A stretch of 64,000 nucleotides of DNA from a virus. The stretch lies in the IMG/VR virus record IMGVR_UViG_3300015371_000024, positions 4,614 through 68,613 of that record. One strand, written 5' to 3'. The translations under genes and the position numbers were made by a program. The notes below the pieces were generated by a model that was given only the letters and a program-made list of their open reading frames with translations, searched no databases and was not told the origin of the DNA. Below are positions 1 to 10,308 of the stretch, piece after piece (within the stretch, counting starts at the first letter, position 1; each line of letters starts with the position of its first letter).

Positions 1-133
1 CGTTCGCCGTGCCAGCGGCAGTGATGACGGTCAGGAACTGACCCCGCACATCCAGGGTGATCGAAGCACCCGAGTTGAGGGTCTGTACGGTGCCCGAGAA
101 CATTCGGGCAATGGCCGCAAAAGGGTTCAGCAT
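1..133 (-). CDS. Hypothetical protein, runs off window start (MLNPFAAIARMFSGTVQTLNSG...)
   Basis: ATG at 133 preceded by GAGG; frame open to position 1. Confidence 0.55.
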   Translation of the reverse strand, partial: MLNPFAAIARMFSGTVQTLNSGASITLDVRGQFLTVITAAGTAN

Positions 134-218
134 CGCTCGATCCTCGGGCTAAGGTCTGCGGTCGCCTCCAGGCGCCGCGGGCGAGCTCGGATGAGCGGGA
201 CGAACGAAGAGTGCGATA

Positions 219-470
219 TCATCCGGTGTCTGTCAACCGGAGCGGACGCCGCCGATCGACGTCGCCCGTCCTGCGCTCATGTTCCCGGAATGCCGCCTGA
301 CGCTGGATCTCACGAATGCCGAGGAACGGGTCCGCGTGATCCAACACGCGCAGGACGGCGTCGATCGCCGCGTTCCATCCAGTGTCGTACTTGTCGTCGG
401 GTCGCTCCGGATCCGGTAGCTCGATCCGGAGTCGCTGCACTTTCTCGAGGATGATCGGGAGGGCGGACAT
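219..470 (-). CDS. Hypothetical protein
   Basis: 83 aa ORF directly after the upstream stop, co-oriented with late operon. Confidence 0.65.
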   Translation of the reverse strand: MSALPIILEKVQRLRIELPDPERPDDKYDTGWNAAIDAVLRVLDHADPFLGIREIQRQAAFREHERRTGDVDRRRPLRLTDTG

Positions 471-476
471 GGGAGG

Positions 477-1121
477 TTATTTGATCAGTTTGGAGGCCGT
501 GAAGATGATGGCAAGCGTGGTTCCAGCACCGAGGACGACACCGCACTTGGCGCCGCACCGCGGCGGCTTCCGCAAGTCCTGCAGCTGACCGATCTCTTTC
601 GCCGCCGTGTCGAGCGCGGCGCGTGCGTCACCGTAGAGCGATCGCCAGCGGACCGCCTCGGCCAACGCCGAGTCCTTGCTCGCCTCGGTGGCGACCATCT
701 TCTCCGCCATGTGCTGCACGGAGACCTTGAGCGCGTCCGATGCCGCCGACATGGAATCCAGGACGACGCGTACCTCGGGTGGCGTGATCGCTCGGATCGA
801 GTCCGGCAGGTGCTCGAGCGCCGCCTCGGCGCGGTCAGCGCGCCCGATCGCGGTCGCAGCTTCGATGCGCGACTTCCGCGCTTCGGCCTTGAGCACGTCG
901 TTCTGTTTGAGCAGATCGTTCAGGACTGGCGTCTGCGCCTTGCTCGCGGAGTCGAGCGCTCGCGTGAGGATCTTCCGGACCGAGTCCGTGTGCGCGTACT
1001 GCGCCTGGTCACGACCGGCGTTGTAGCGCGAGTGGCCGTAGAGTCCGAACACGATCGCGATCACGGCGATGAGTGCGACCGCGGCGATCGCGTAGATGAC
1101 GGGACGAGGGAGGGCGAGCAT
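477..1121 (-). CDS. Spanin-like (Rz/i-spanin) membrane-anchored coiled-coil protein
   Basis: Start MLALPRP at 1121 overlaps upstream TGA; N-terminal TM helix, long Ala-rich coiled coil, hydrophobic C-terminus; downstream of endolysin. Confidence 0.55.
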   Translation of the reverse strand: MLALPRPVIYAIAAVALIAVIAIVFGLYGHSRYNAGRDQAQYAHTDSVRKILTRALDSASKAQTPVLNDLLKQNDVLKAEARKSRIEAATAIGRADRAEAALEHLPDSIRAITPPEVRVVLDSMSAASDALKVSVQHMAEKMVATEASKDSALAEAVRWRSLYGDARAALDTAAKEIGQLQDLRKPPRCGAKCGVVLGAGTTLAIIFTASKLIK

Positions 1122-1471
1122 CAGCGGACCGCCATGCGAACGACGTAGATGTAGGAGGCGAGCCCTGCGACCGCACCCAACGCCACCGCGGCGATATCCC
1201 GAGCGCCGAGGCCACGCGGCGGTCGCGTCCAGAGGAAGTGATAGAAGAGCCAGACGAGGAACGCGCCCAGGAGGATCCGGACCGGCGCGTTGTTGATCTT
1301 CGACCACGTCCACTCGGAGAGTGTGTCATCGAGTCCGGATCTCCGGATCGCGAGCCACTCGACCAAGCCAGCGGCCACGATCAACGTCGGCCAGATCTTA
1401 TGCCAGGTCTTCGGCGGAATGTTGAGCAGCGCGTTGCGCGCGTCCTGCAGGAATTGCGGAAGGATACTCAT
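1121..1471 (-). CDS. Small 3-TM membrane protein (holin candidate)
   Basis: Three hydrophobic segments; lysis cassette context. Confidence 0.55.
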   Translation of the reverse strand: MSILPQFLQDARNALLNIPPKTWHKIWPTLIVAAGLVEWLAIRRSGLDDTLSEWTWSKINNAPVRILLGAFLVWLFYHFLWTRPPRGLGARDIAAVALGAVAGLASYIYVVRMAVR

Positions 1472-1710
1472 AGCCCTCGCTCCATCCACCACGCGCGGCC
1501 TTCGTCTCCGGCGTGTGGGTCAGGTGGTGGTGCTGTGTGATTGAATACCTCGATCAGTCGTGGGTCGTACAGCCGTCCCATGAGCGTCGTGATCCCACGC
1601 AGACGGGCCTTGCTCAAGCCTTGCTCGGCGTCTCGAGCCTTGATCGTGAGCTTCGGGCCGGTCTTCCCCATTCGGACGACCCTGCCGTTGTAGCGCACGT
1701 ACCAGATCAT
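1468..1710 (-). CDS. Hypothetical protein
   Basis: 80 aa ORF abutting endolysin stop and overlapping next start. Confidence 0.55.
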   Translation of the reverse strand: MIWYVRYNGRVVRMGKTGPKLTIKARDAEQGLSKARLRGITTLMGRLYDPRLIEVFNHTAPPPDPHAGDEGRAWWMERGL

Positions 1711-2244
1711 TCACGCGGTCCGTGGGTGGAAGTAGCCGAGGATGTCCTTCCGCGTCACCGGACCGATATCGACCGCGATCCCGTTGTTGGACGCCGTGCC
1801 CGCGAACGACCGGTTCCCCTCGATCGTGACGAGCATGGGATCCATGCGTACCACGATCCCGATGTGGTGTGCGTCCATGTCATCCCGGACCGGCCCCTTC
1901 TTGCGAAGGCCGTAGAGTATCGCCGCGCCGATCACCGGCTCGCTCACGACATACGGGAGCCAGTAGTCGGTGCCCGCGTAGTTCATCGGGATGAGCGCGC
2001 CGCAGTCTGCGTACACCGCACCGGCCCAGATCGCACACCAGTAGGATCCAGGCGGCACGCCGGCGCGCTTCGCGTACTCATCGATCCGCTTCCCTCGGTT
2101 GGACCCGAGCGGTTGCTCCAGGATCCCGACGTCCTTGAGCGCGCGAATGACGATCGAATACTGCAGCTGCGTGCAGTTGACCTCGGGGTCGATCCACCCC
2201 GCGTCCGTCGGCCACGCGCCCGCCGGAAAGAGTTTGAGCGACAT
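1711..2244 (-). CDS. Endolysin, CHAP-family cysteine/histidine amidase
   Basis: Motifs GSNRG, YWCA, HIGIV, TIEGN typical of phage CHAP domains. Confidence 0.88.
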   Translation of the reverse strand: MSLKLFPAGAWPTDAGWIDPEVNCTQLQYSIVIRALKDVGILEQPLGSNRGKRIDEYAKRAGVPPGSYWCAIWAGAVYADCGALIPMNYAGTDYWLPYVVSEPVIGAAILYGLRKKGPVRDDMDAHHIGIVVRMDPMLVTIEGNRSFAGTASNNGIAVDIGPVTRKDILGYFHPRTA

Positions 2245-2777
2245 CAGTCGGAGAGCTTCTTGTCAGCCGTGTCCGGATGGCTCCGATCGACAATGAGCGG
2301 AGGCTCGACCACCGGCACGACGACCGCCGGGACCGCGAGCGCCGGTGCGTCAGCGGTCGTCCCGGATCCCTGCATTCGCGCCTGGTTCGCCGCACGGACC
2401 GAGGCCGGATTCACGATCGGTCGCTCCTGCGTCATGCTGTTCGTGGCGTCCGGAGAACCGCGGTCTTCCTCGATATTCCCGTCCCACGACGTGTTCCGCT
2501 TCGTGCGGTAGCCCGCATACGCGAACCCGTGCGCGCCCGCGAGGAACGCGAGCCAGGATCCGACGATGATCGATGGCTCGATCTGCGAGAAGGACTTGGC
2601 CGTTCGCATGGCCTCGACCGCAGCGTGCAGGTTGATCTCGGTCATGTGATAGAACCACAGGACCGTGAGCAGGTCGAGCAAGCACAGGAACAGCATCCGG
2701 AACTGGATGGTGGGCAGTCCCGAGAGGATCGGCCACTTCGGGTCCATGACCCACGTCTTCGGGTTGTACCAGACCAT
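2244..2777 (-). CDS. Membrane protein, holin candidate (start uncertain)
   Basis: Two TM segments with hydrophilic tail; stop overlaps endolysin start. Confidence 0.55.
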   Translation of the reverse strand: MVWYNPKTWVMDPKWPILSGLPTIQFRMLFLCLLDLLTVLWFYHMTEINLHAAVEAMRTAKSFSQIEPSIIVGSWLAFLAGAHGFAYAGYRTKRNTSWDGNIEEDRGSPDATNSMTQERPIVNPASVRAANQARMQGSGTTADAPALAVPAVVVPVVEPPLIVDRSHPDTADKKLSD

Positions 2778-2834
2778 GACTCGAGAGGAAGAAGAAGCGC
2801 CCCGTCGGTCCACCGGCGGGGCGCGTGGGGTCGG

Positions 2835-3125
2835 CTACTTCTTGCCCTTCTTCGGTGCGGCCACCGGCGTGCTCGGCGTCACGCCGATCTGCGCGAAGGC
2901 GTCCTGCGCCTGGTTGGCCGAATTCACGATGCCGTCCACCATCGTGGTGAGCTCGGAGAAGGTGTCGTCGTCCACGACCTTGTCCTGGAGCGCGACCGCC
3001 TGGTTCTGGAGGCGCGCGATCGCGTCACTCGCGGCCTGTACCGTCTCCTGCTGCTCGGTGCCGAGCGTCTGGTACTGCGAGCGGACTTCCGCCTCGCGCG
3101 GGGTGTCGGGTGTGGGTCCAGTCAT
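2835..3125 (-). CDS. Hypothetical helical protein
   Basis: 96 aa, AGGAG RBS, basic tail PKKGKK. Confidence 0.75.
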   Translation of the reverse strand: MTGPTPDTPREAEVRSQYQTLGTEQQETVQAASDAIARLQNQAVALQDKVVDDDTFSELTTMVDGIVNSANQAQDAFAQIGVTPSTPVAAPKKGKK

Positions 3126-3169
3126 GTGTGTTGTTCTCCTGCGTGAGAAAGTGAAAGCGCGTCACGAAC

Positions 3170-3385
3170 CTACGATGAACGTCCGACTTGTTCAAACCCT
3201 TCCTGCGCCGCGTCAGCGGCCTTCTTCGTCTCACTGACGAAGGTCGTCATCTCCTGCATGAAGCCGTCCCGGACTTGCGAGACCTCGAGCTTCCGGAACG
3301 AGGCGAAGAGCGCCTTCACCTTTCCGTTCGGCGACAGGTCATCGAACGTCAGTCCGAGCCCGTCGATCGATGTGAGATCATCCAT
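3170..3385 (-). CDS. Hypothetical protein
   Basis: 71 aa, AGGAG RBS upstream. Confidence 0.65.
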   Translation of the reverse strand: MDDLTSIDGLGLTFDDLSPNGKVKALFASFRKLEVSQVRDGFMQEMTTFVSETKKAADAAQEGFEQVGRSS

Positions 3386-3394
3386 GCGTCACTC

Positions 3395-5875
3395 CTACCG
3401 TGTCGGTGTCTTCGGTGGCTTGGTGTGCTTCGGCTCCTGGAGGCACGCATTGCGAGCGCAGAAGACCGAGTCGGCCCTTGTCGCTCGGAACGGTGGACGT
3501 CGCGCTGCTGCCGGTCTCCGAGCTCCGGCCACCGGCGCCGGGATGACCGCGGCCACGCCCGCCAGCTTCTGTGTGAGCGTGGGGATGTCAGCGCCGACGC
3601 CGGGGAAGCTCGGCGCCGAGTAGTCCGGCTGGAGCCCGATCTCCGCCTGGGTGAGCTTGTACGTGTTGCCAGGAGGATTCTTCGGTTGGTAGGTCGCGAG
3701 CACGCCCGAGACGACATTGCCCGAGTAGGTCCACTTCCCCGGACCGATGATGCAGTCGAGCGCCGCCATGTGCGTCGGCTGCGCGCAGTCCGCGGCCATC
3801 GTGTAATCGGTGTTCCCGGCGAAGATGTTCTTGTTCCAGTTGTTGTCGCCCCAATCGGTCTGCGCGCCACCGCTCAGGTAGAACGAGAACCCGCGGCCAG
3901 GCGTGTTGCTCACGAACGTGTTGTTCCGGATCCGGGTGTGCGTCGGACCGCTGTAGGTGGGGTTGAGCCACCCGGATCCCGTGATCCCGTTCGACGTGCC
4001 GACGTTCGTGAACAGGTTGTTGTACGCCAGCACGCGACTCACCGGATAGAGAATGCACGCCTGTGCCGTGCAGTCCCGCGCCTGGATGTTGAGGCCGAGG
4101 TTGGAGTTGTTCACGCGGTTGTTCGTGAACGTGATGTCCGTCGAGCCCTGCCGAACCGTGTCCGACGTGCCGCCAGTCGAAGACTTGAAGACGACCGCGA
4201 ACCCGATCTGGCTCGAGGCCCACGAATTTTCGAACACGTTGGCGTCGATCAAGAGCCGCTGTGCGTTCTTCAATTCGAAGATGTTCTTGATCGACCACCG
4301 TCCCTTCCACTCGGGACGCTTGTAGATGTGGTTCCGGCGGATCGTGATATCCGACGGTCGCATCTCGGAATTGGCCGGTCCGGCGCCACCGAACATGATG
4401 TTCTCGCCCGCGCCCGCGGCGAAGTTGTTCTCGATATGGTACGGCCCGGGACCGTTCCAACTCTCGATCGCCTGGGAGTCGAAGCCGCTCGCGTGGCAGT
4501 CATCGATCCAATTATCGACCACCGCGATCTCGGACCCGTTGATCGCGAAGCATCGAATGAGCTCGCCGTCCACGGTCCCATGCACCCAATTGCGCCGGAA
4601 GATGATCTTCGATGGCGCGGTCGCGGGTGACGTGTTGCCATCGCTCGCACTCGCGCCGATCAGTAGCAGGTGGTAGACGAGCGTCGTCGCCTTCGCCGTG
4701 TCGCGGGCGATGTTCAGGTGCATGACCTGCCAGCAGTCCGCGCCAGGCGCGGTCGCGAACGCGTACTGGTTGTTCGCCTGGACGACCTGCGCGAACCCGA
4801 GCGCCTGAAGGGTGTCCATGCGCGTGCCGGGAACGTCGAGCACGCCCTTCGTCCGGACCGTGATCCACTCCGTGCTCGACGCACAGGAGTGCGCCGGAAG
4901 CGTGAAGTTGCCCTGCCACCGCGCTCCCGGCTGTAGCTCGAGACAGTCGCCCGACTGCGCGCCATTGAGCGCGGTCTGGAGATTCGCGCCCGCGAGCACG
5001 TCCACCGATCGCGTGCACGGCTTGGGCTGGAAGTCCGCGGTCTTGAGCGGGAGCGCCGGAAGGCTGTCGTCCGTGCCAGGCGATGGCTGCGGCGGACCGT
5101 TGACCGAGATCAGCTTGCTCGCCGACGACGTGCGTAAGAGTGAGTCCGTGACCAGGAGGCTCGTCGTCCGATCACCAGCTGACGGATACGTGTAGTCGAA
5201 GACGTTCGCCGTGATCGTGCTGCAGCTGGTCCCCGGACCGCAGTCCCACGCATACGTGAGGCGCGTCCCGGTCGAGGCCGAGCCATCGAAGTGACACTTG
5301 AGGCTCCCGGCAGGATCGCACGCGACCGTGAACGTAGCGACCGGCGCCGGCGGCGTCGGCGTCGGCGGGACCGGCGGCGCGTAGGAGATCGACTTGGTCG
5401 CGGTCGAGGCTTTGCTGCCCGTGTCCGTGACTGTCAGACCCACCGTGTATGCGCCCGCCTTGCTGTAGGTGTGCTGCGCCGAGTTGCGCGCCGTCGAGGT
5501 AGCCCCGTCACCCCACGACCAGAAGAACGACAGGTTCGCCACGCCGCCATCGTCGGTCGAGGTAGATGTCGCCTTGGCGAGGCCGGTCGAGTCGTTGAGC
5601 GTGAGGTTGAATCCGGCGATCGGCGCCTTGTTCTCGGGCTGTGGCGGCGTCACCCCGTGCGGGACACGGAGCGCGGTCGCGATCGAGTCGATCTTGTTCC
5701 GGTCGCGGCCCGTGTTGCTTCGGTTGAGCCGCTGGCGGATCGCATTCAGCGAGTCGGCGCGAACAGAGTCCTGCTTCCCTGCCGTCACGGTCTGTCCAGG
5801 GAGCGGCGTCGGCCATGTGTGCCAGAAGAAGAACGCGATCGCGATCCACCAGACACGGTGCATGAGCCAGATCAT
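3395..5875 (-). CDS. Exported protein with two PKD domains and a right-handed parallel beta-helix (pectate-lyase-like) domain
   Basis: N-terminal hydrophobic signal; PKD motifs WSWGDG..HTY..AG.YTV.LTVTD and FDGSAS..Y.WD.G; Pro-rich linkers; Asn-ladder beta-helix repeats (IENNF, ITIRRNHI, LIDANVFEN). Confidence 0.85.
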   Translation of the reverse strand: MIWLMHRVWWIAIAFFFWHTWPTPLPGQTVTAGKQDSVRADSLNAIRQRLNRSNTGRDRNKIDSIATALRVPHGVTPPQPENKAPIAGFNLTLNDSTGLAKATSTSTDDGGVANLSFFWSWGDGATSTARNSAQHTYSKAGAYTVGLTVTDTGSKASTATKSISYAPPVPPTPTPPAPVATFTVACDPAGSLKCHFDGSASTGTRLTYAWDCGPGTSCSTITANVFDYTYPSAGDRTTSLLVTDSLLRTSSASKLISVNGPPQPSPGTDDSLPALPLKTADFQPKPCTRSVDVLAGANLQTALNGAQSGDCLELQPGARWQGNFTLPAHSCASSTEWITVRTKGVLDVPGTRMDTLQALGFAQVVQANNQYAFATAPGADCWQVMHLNIARDTAKATTLVYHLLLIGASASDGNTSPATAPSKIIFRRNWVHGTVDGELIRCFAINGSEIAVVDNWIDDCHASGFDSQAIESWNGPGPYHIENNFAAGAGENIMFGGAGPANSEMRPSDITIRRNHIYKRPEWKGRWSIKNIFELKNAQRLLIDANVFENSWASSQIGFAVVFKSSTGGTSDTVRQGSTDITFTNNRVNNSNLGLNIQARDCTAQACILYPVSRVLAYNNLFTNVGTSNGITGSGWLNPTYSGPTHTRIRNNTFVSNTPGRGFSFYLSGGAQTDWGDNNWNKNIFAGNTDYTMAADCAQPTHMAALDCIIGPGKWTYSGNVVSGVLATYQPKNPPGNTYKLTQAEIGLQPDYSAPSFPGVGADIPTLTQKLAGVAAVIPAPVAGARRPAAARRPPFRATRADSVFCARNACLQEPKHTKPPKTPTR

Positions 5876-6558
5876 GGGTGCTTACCTCGGGCGTTGTTGT
5901 TCTGCTGTTGCTGAAAGACGACGAAGGCTTTCTGGAACATCTCCGGGAGCTCCTTGAGGATCTCCTTCGTCTGGACATGGAGCGCGTTATTGAGCCGGAG
6001 CTCCATCTCCGGGATGGCGTGGACGATCTGCGCCTGGCGAGTCGCGAACTCGGTCATCCGGGTATTGATCTGCCGACGGTCTTCCTCGGAGCGCGCCATG
6101 CGCTCTGAGAGACCCACCTGCTGCGTCGAGAGGAACGCGAGATCCTCTCGGAAGGACGCCTCCAACTCCTGGGTCCGCGCCTTGTTCTCATCGACACGAC
6201 CGCCGAACCCATTGATCTTGTGATCAACGAGCGTCCGGAACTCTACGAGCGTGCGCTCGAGATCCCGCGTCGTGCGCTGGTCGGCGTCGATCCGCTGCTG
6301 TTCCGCGTTCTCCAGGAGGCCCTCGATCCGATTGACCTCGGTCGCGAGCTTGTTCTCGATGGTCTGCAATCGATCGAGCACCGGCTTGTTGTTCGCGCGC
6401 CAGAGCACCGTGACGAGTGCGACGGTACCGGAGACGAGTGCGACCCACCCGGAGATCGAGACCGGCCACACACCCTCGGGTCGCTCGGGCCGGAGTTGGA
6501 CCTGTGCGGAGAGGATTGCTACGCGGACGAGTGTCTGGACCCACCAGAATTCGATCAC
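5872..6558 (-). CDS. Membrane-anchored coiled-coil protein
   Basis: TM segment GWVALVSGTVALVTVLW followed by a long heptad-rich region. Confidence 0.7.
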   Translation of the reverse strand: MIEFWWVQTLVRVAILSAQVQLRPERPEGVWPVSISGWVALVSGTVALVTVLWRANNKPVLDRLQTIENKLATEVNRIEGLLENAEQQRIDADQRTTRDLERTLVEFRTLVDHKINGFGGRVDENKARTQELEASFREDLAFLSTQQVGLSERMARSEEDRRQINTRMTEFATRQAQIVHAIPEMELRLNNALHVQTKEILKELPEMFQKAFVVFQQQQNNNARGKHP

Positions 6559-6652
6559 CAGAGCGGCTCCAATGCTGGTGACTCGCCAGACACCCCGGTC
6601 CGACGGGCAATCGGAACCTACATCAGCACCAACAATTGAGCCAACGTCGGAT

Positions 6653-8008
6653 TTAGGTCAGGCTCCCCGAGTAGAACGCCTGGGCGACCCAGATCTTCTT
6701 CTCAGGCCACTGTGGCGAATCGGACGTGTAGTTGAACTTGTCCCAATTGTAGAACTTGAAGTTGGCGACGACGCCGCTGATGGGTGTCGGCACCACATCG
6801 GCGTCGTATGTCGCGAGCGGTGTTGCCGTGTTGATCTCTCCGGCACTCCCACCCGAGCACGCCGGATTGATGAACAATTCGGTCATGAGGTGCCATATCC
6901 CGCCGCCCGAATCACTGATGACACCGTGGATCGTGATTTCCACGAAATCCGCGGTGCCGACGATCAACGAGGCTGGACCGACGTCGTATTCCGTGACACC
7001 AACGCTGCTGTCCGCTTCGCAACGGAAGATGACGCGTCCATCCCTGAGCAGAACGTTGCAATCCCCGGTGATCCCGTTCCCGCCGTGAATGAGATCGGAC
7101 ACCGTGAACCCGAAGCCGTCATCCGCCATCCACCCCGATTCGATCATGATCCGCATCGTCGTCCACACGGACCTGAACGCCACGCGCGATCCCGAGCCGC
7201 CCGTGTCACCGATCGGGTTGGAGAAGTACGTCCAAGATCCCCACCCAATGACATCCCAGATCGTGGACACGTCAGAGACCGCGACCCACCGTCCGACCAC
7301 GACCGGATTGCCGCAGAACGTGAGATCGGGATCGAAGGAGACGCCCTCGACGCTGCCGTCATCGCCGTACCACGACCAATAGAAGTTGGTCGATTCCGCT
7401 TCAACGAACGCGATGTACGTGGCTTCGTCGGCGTAGCGCGCGACTGAGAAGTCGTCTCCGTTGTAGATCCCCTCGGGCATCGGGCATCCAATGCCATCGA
7501 GACAGAGCGGCGGCAGCGCATACCGGAATTGAGCGTGAACACCACCGAACACCGGATCAGCCGTCCCGTTCCCGCCTAACGCAACCGCATCCCACAGCAC
7601 GTCGTTCGTGGCATCGGGATCAATGTTCACCCACCCCGATGACTTCTGCGGGCCGGTCGAGTCGATCGGAATGTCAACGGTTGCACCCGACACCCCCGGA
7701 TCGATCGCCGATCCGCCAGCCGTCGTCCGGTACTTGAGGCGAGCCTTGGAACCAGCCGAACCTGCCGTCGTGACTTTCCCGATGACGCCGCGGACCTGCA
7801 CAGCGCCGCGAGCGTTGAACCAGACTTGGCGCGACGTGAACGCCGTCTCGCCAGACGGCAGGTTCGTGACGGTGTGATCGCTGTCATCGATCAGGAGATC
7901 GACATCCGGCACGGTGATCGTGCCGGTCACCACACCACCCGGAGTCGGGTTCTCCTCGGCGTTCGGGAAGTAGTCCGCCGGTGGACGGAATTCCTTGTTC
8001 CAACCCAT
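6653..8008 (-). CDS. Putative tail fibre / receptor-binding protein
   Basis: 451 aa, Gly/Asp/Trp-rich beta composition, follows tail tip protein. Confidence 0.6.
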   Translation of the reverse strand: MGWNKEFRPPADYFPNAEENPTPGGVVTGTITVPDVDLLIDDSDHTVTNLPSGETAFTSRQVWFNARGAVQVRGVIGKVTTAGSAGSKARLKYRTTAGGSAIDPGVSGATVDIPIDSTGPQKSSGWVNIDPDATNDVLWDAVALGGNGTADPVFGGVHAQFRYALPPLCLDGIGCPMPEGIYNGDDFSVARYADEATYIAFVEAESTNFYWSWYGDDGSVEGVSFDPDLTFCGNPVVVGRWVAVSDVSTIWDVIGWGSWTYFSNPIGDTGGSGSRVAFRSVWTTMRIMIESGWMADDGFGFTVSDLIHGGNGITGDCNVLLRDGRVIFRCEADSSVGVTEYDVGPASLIVGTADFVEITIHGVISDSGGGIWHLMTELFINPACSGGSAGEINTATPLATYDADVVPTPISGVVANFKFYNWDKFNYTSDSPQWPEKKIWVAQAFYSGSLT

Positions 8009-8019
8009 TAGGATCTCAT

Positions 8020-10308
8020 TTAGGCGGGACCGGTGACGAGTGGGAGCGGCGAGCGCCAGAAGACCGGCAGCGTGGCGTCGAGCTCAACGTTGCTCGCGTC
8101 ATACGCGACCAGACGATAGTACTGACCGGCCTTCACGATCGCGTCATAGTACGGGAAGTCCGCCGGATCGAGGATCGCCGACACCGACCACGGATCGTAG
8201 CGTCCCGAGTCCTTGGACTTCTGCACCTCGATGTGATCCGTGCCTCCAGGCACGCCGGTCTTGTCGATCTTGACCCGAGGACCGGGGAGCGTGAAGGACG
8301 TCTCGGCGGTCACCGTGAACGCCGTGCCCCACGGGTCGATCGTGACGAGCGTGCGCGGGCCGGACTGCGAGTTGGAGATCCGGAAGACGCTATAGCGATA
8401 GGTCTTCTGCGCGTGGAGATCCGGATCCGTCCACGACCCGGATGTCGGACCGTCGAGCGTGATCGAGTCGATGTTCACGCCATCCCGGAGGATGTAGATC
8501 GCGCCGGTGCTGACCGAGACCGCCCAATCGACCTGCACGGTCGTCGCGTCGATGCGCGTGACCGAAAGGTCCGTGAAGTCGCCGGGATCGCTCCCCGTGT
8601 CCACCGTCGTCCCGACCAGCCGGAGCTCGTCGCCGAAGGTACCGTCGAAGGTCTCAGGCTTGACGATCACCGTTCGAATGATCGCCTGACCGTTCCGGCC
8701 AGTGGGAATCGGCTGGAAGCAGCGCCAGAACTTGATGCCGTTGTACGGGTCGCCATCGACCGGCGTGGCGTCTCCCGGCCACACGTAGTTGCCCTCGGTC
8801 GAGAGCCGTCCCTCGGGTCGCTCGATCGTCCCGGCCTTGAAGGCATCGCTCCCGACCGGCGGCCACTCCGGCACCAGCGTCCCCGGTGCGTTCTCTCGCG
8901 CCCAGATATGGATCCGCCGGATGTTCTTGCCCGCGAAGAATGCGGGCCACACGCACCCGTTGGTCTCGCCGTCCCAGAGCTCCCCGCCGTACATCGTGGC
9001 CTCGACACCCATGCCGAGTGCCAGGAACAGCGAATCGACCTCCGGCGCCTTCGGGCCTTCGCCTTCCCGGATGATCCAGTTCTTCGTGAAGCCCGCGACC
9101 GTGCCGCGCGTTTCGAACGCCGTCCGCGTCTCTTTCGCCTTTCCCCACGTATGCGTGATCCGCTGCACGGCTTGCAGCTGGTTCGTGGTGTACTGGTCGC
9201 CGTTCGCGACGAGCTCGAAAAGATCGTAGACGTGGAAGGCCCACGCGAAGAGCGTCGTGAATCGCTTCTCGGCCTTCGGGAACGCGAGATCCGCGAGCGC
9301 CGTATCGAGGAAGGTCTTGGCCTCCGCCGGCGTATCGATCTGGCTTGTCGCGGCCTCCTTGAACTCGAAATACCGCTCCGTGTAGCGGGTGATCGAGTCC
9401 GGGACATCCGCCGCGACGTAGGAGACCACCTTCTTCTGCTGGTCCCTGAAGTAGCACCGGCCCTTGTTCCGGACGTCGTCGGTGTTGATGTCGAAGTCCG
9501 GATCCGCGTCGTAGTTGTCGGCTGAGAAGGTGAAGTCCGGCGTCGTGTTCCCCCGCGGCGGCAGGAACAGCCGGAGCTCCATGTCGTCCGAGGAATTCCA
9601 CATGTACCGGACGTTGGCGCCGATCGTGTTGATCGCGAGATCCCGGAGGCCCGTGAGAAGTCGCGGACGCTGGAAGTTGAACTTCTTGAGTTTGACCCCT
9701 GCGGTGACGATCGCCGCATCCACGACCAGCGTCACGGCGCCCGTGCCGAGGTTGTCATCGAGGATCTGCTGCATCACGGTCTCCATCGCGTCACCCGCGT
9801 CGGACCCGTAGACCCGCTCGTCCTCGACCTGCTTCGTGAGCAGCTTGTGCCCCAAGTCCGCGATCTGGAGCGTGATCGTCTTCTTCATGCTCACGGCGAC
9901 CACGTAGCCGTCGAACATCTTGTGCTGGCTCGAGTCCGTGCCGTCGAGCCGTGCCGTGGTGCCGTAGCACCGGATCCGCCGCATCCCGTCGATCAGCGGC
10001 GCATAGGCGCTAGAGTCGTCCACGTTCGCCGGACTCGACTCAACGAGCGGCGCGATCGAGATCGAGGCACCGCTGGCCGCAACCAACGACTTGGCGAGCT
10101 CAATGCTCCCGGTCCACGTCGGCGCGTCGGAGTCGTCGGTGATCGAGCCGCGGATGACGAAGTCGAGGTTGGAGAACCCCGTGCCCGACAGGTTCGTCAG
10201 TGCCTTCCACGTCCCGTCGATGTTCTGGATCTCGACCGTGTCGATCTTGATCGATCGAGACGCCAGTCCTAAGACCGTGAGCTCGGTACTGGTGGCACTA
10301 CGAGGCAC
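8020..10308 (-). CDS. Tail tip/hub (Tal-like) protein with C-terminal FN3-like domains
   Basis: Position after Dit; C-terminal VDW..S...IYILRDG and Y.Y.V patterns resemble FN3. Confidence 0.7.
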   Translation of the reverse strand: MPRSATSTELTVLGLASRSIKIDTVEIQNIDGTWKALTNLSGTGFSNLDFVIRGSITDDSDAPTWTGSIELAKSLVAASGASISIAPLVESSPANVDDSSAYAPLIDGMRRIRCYGTTARLDGTDSSQHKMFDGYVVAVSMKKTITLQIADLGHKLLTKQVEDERVYGSDAGDAMETVMQQILDDNLGTGAVTLVVDAAIVTAGVKLKKFNFQRPRLLTGLRDLAINTIGANVRYMWNSSDDMELRLFLPPRGNTTPDFTFSADNYDADPDFDINTDDVRNKGRCYFRDQQKKVVSYVAADVPDSITRYTERYFEFKEAATSQIDTPAEAKTFLDTALADLAFPKAEKRFTTLFAWAFHVYDLFELVANGDQYTTNQLQAVQRITHTWGKAKETRTAFETRGTVAGFTKNWIIREGEGPKAPEVDSLFLALGMGVEATMYGGELWDGETNGCVWPAFFAGKNIRRIHIWARENAPGTLVPEWPPVGSDAFKAGTIERPEGRLSTEGNYVWPGDATPVDGDPYNGIKFWRCFQPIPTGRNGQAIIRTVIVKPETFDGTFGDELRLVGTTVDTGSDPGDFTDLSVTRIDATTVQVDWAVSVSTGAIYILRDGVNIDSITLDGPTSGSWTDPDLHAQKTYRYSVFRISNSQSGPRTLVTIDPWGTAFTVTAETSFTLPGPRVKIDKTGVPGGTDHIEVQKSKDSGRYDPWSVSAILDPADFPYYDAIVKAGQYYRLVAYDASNVELDATLPVFWRSPLPLVTGPA

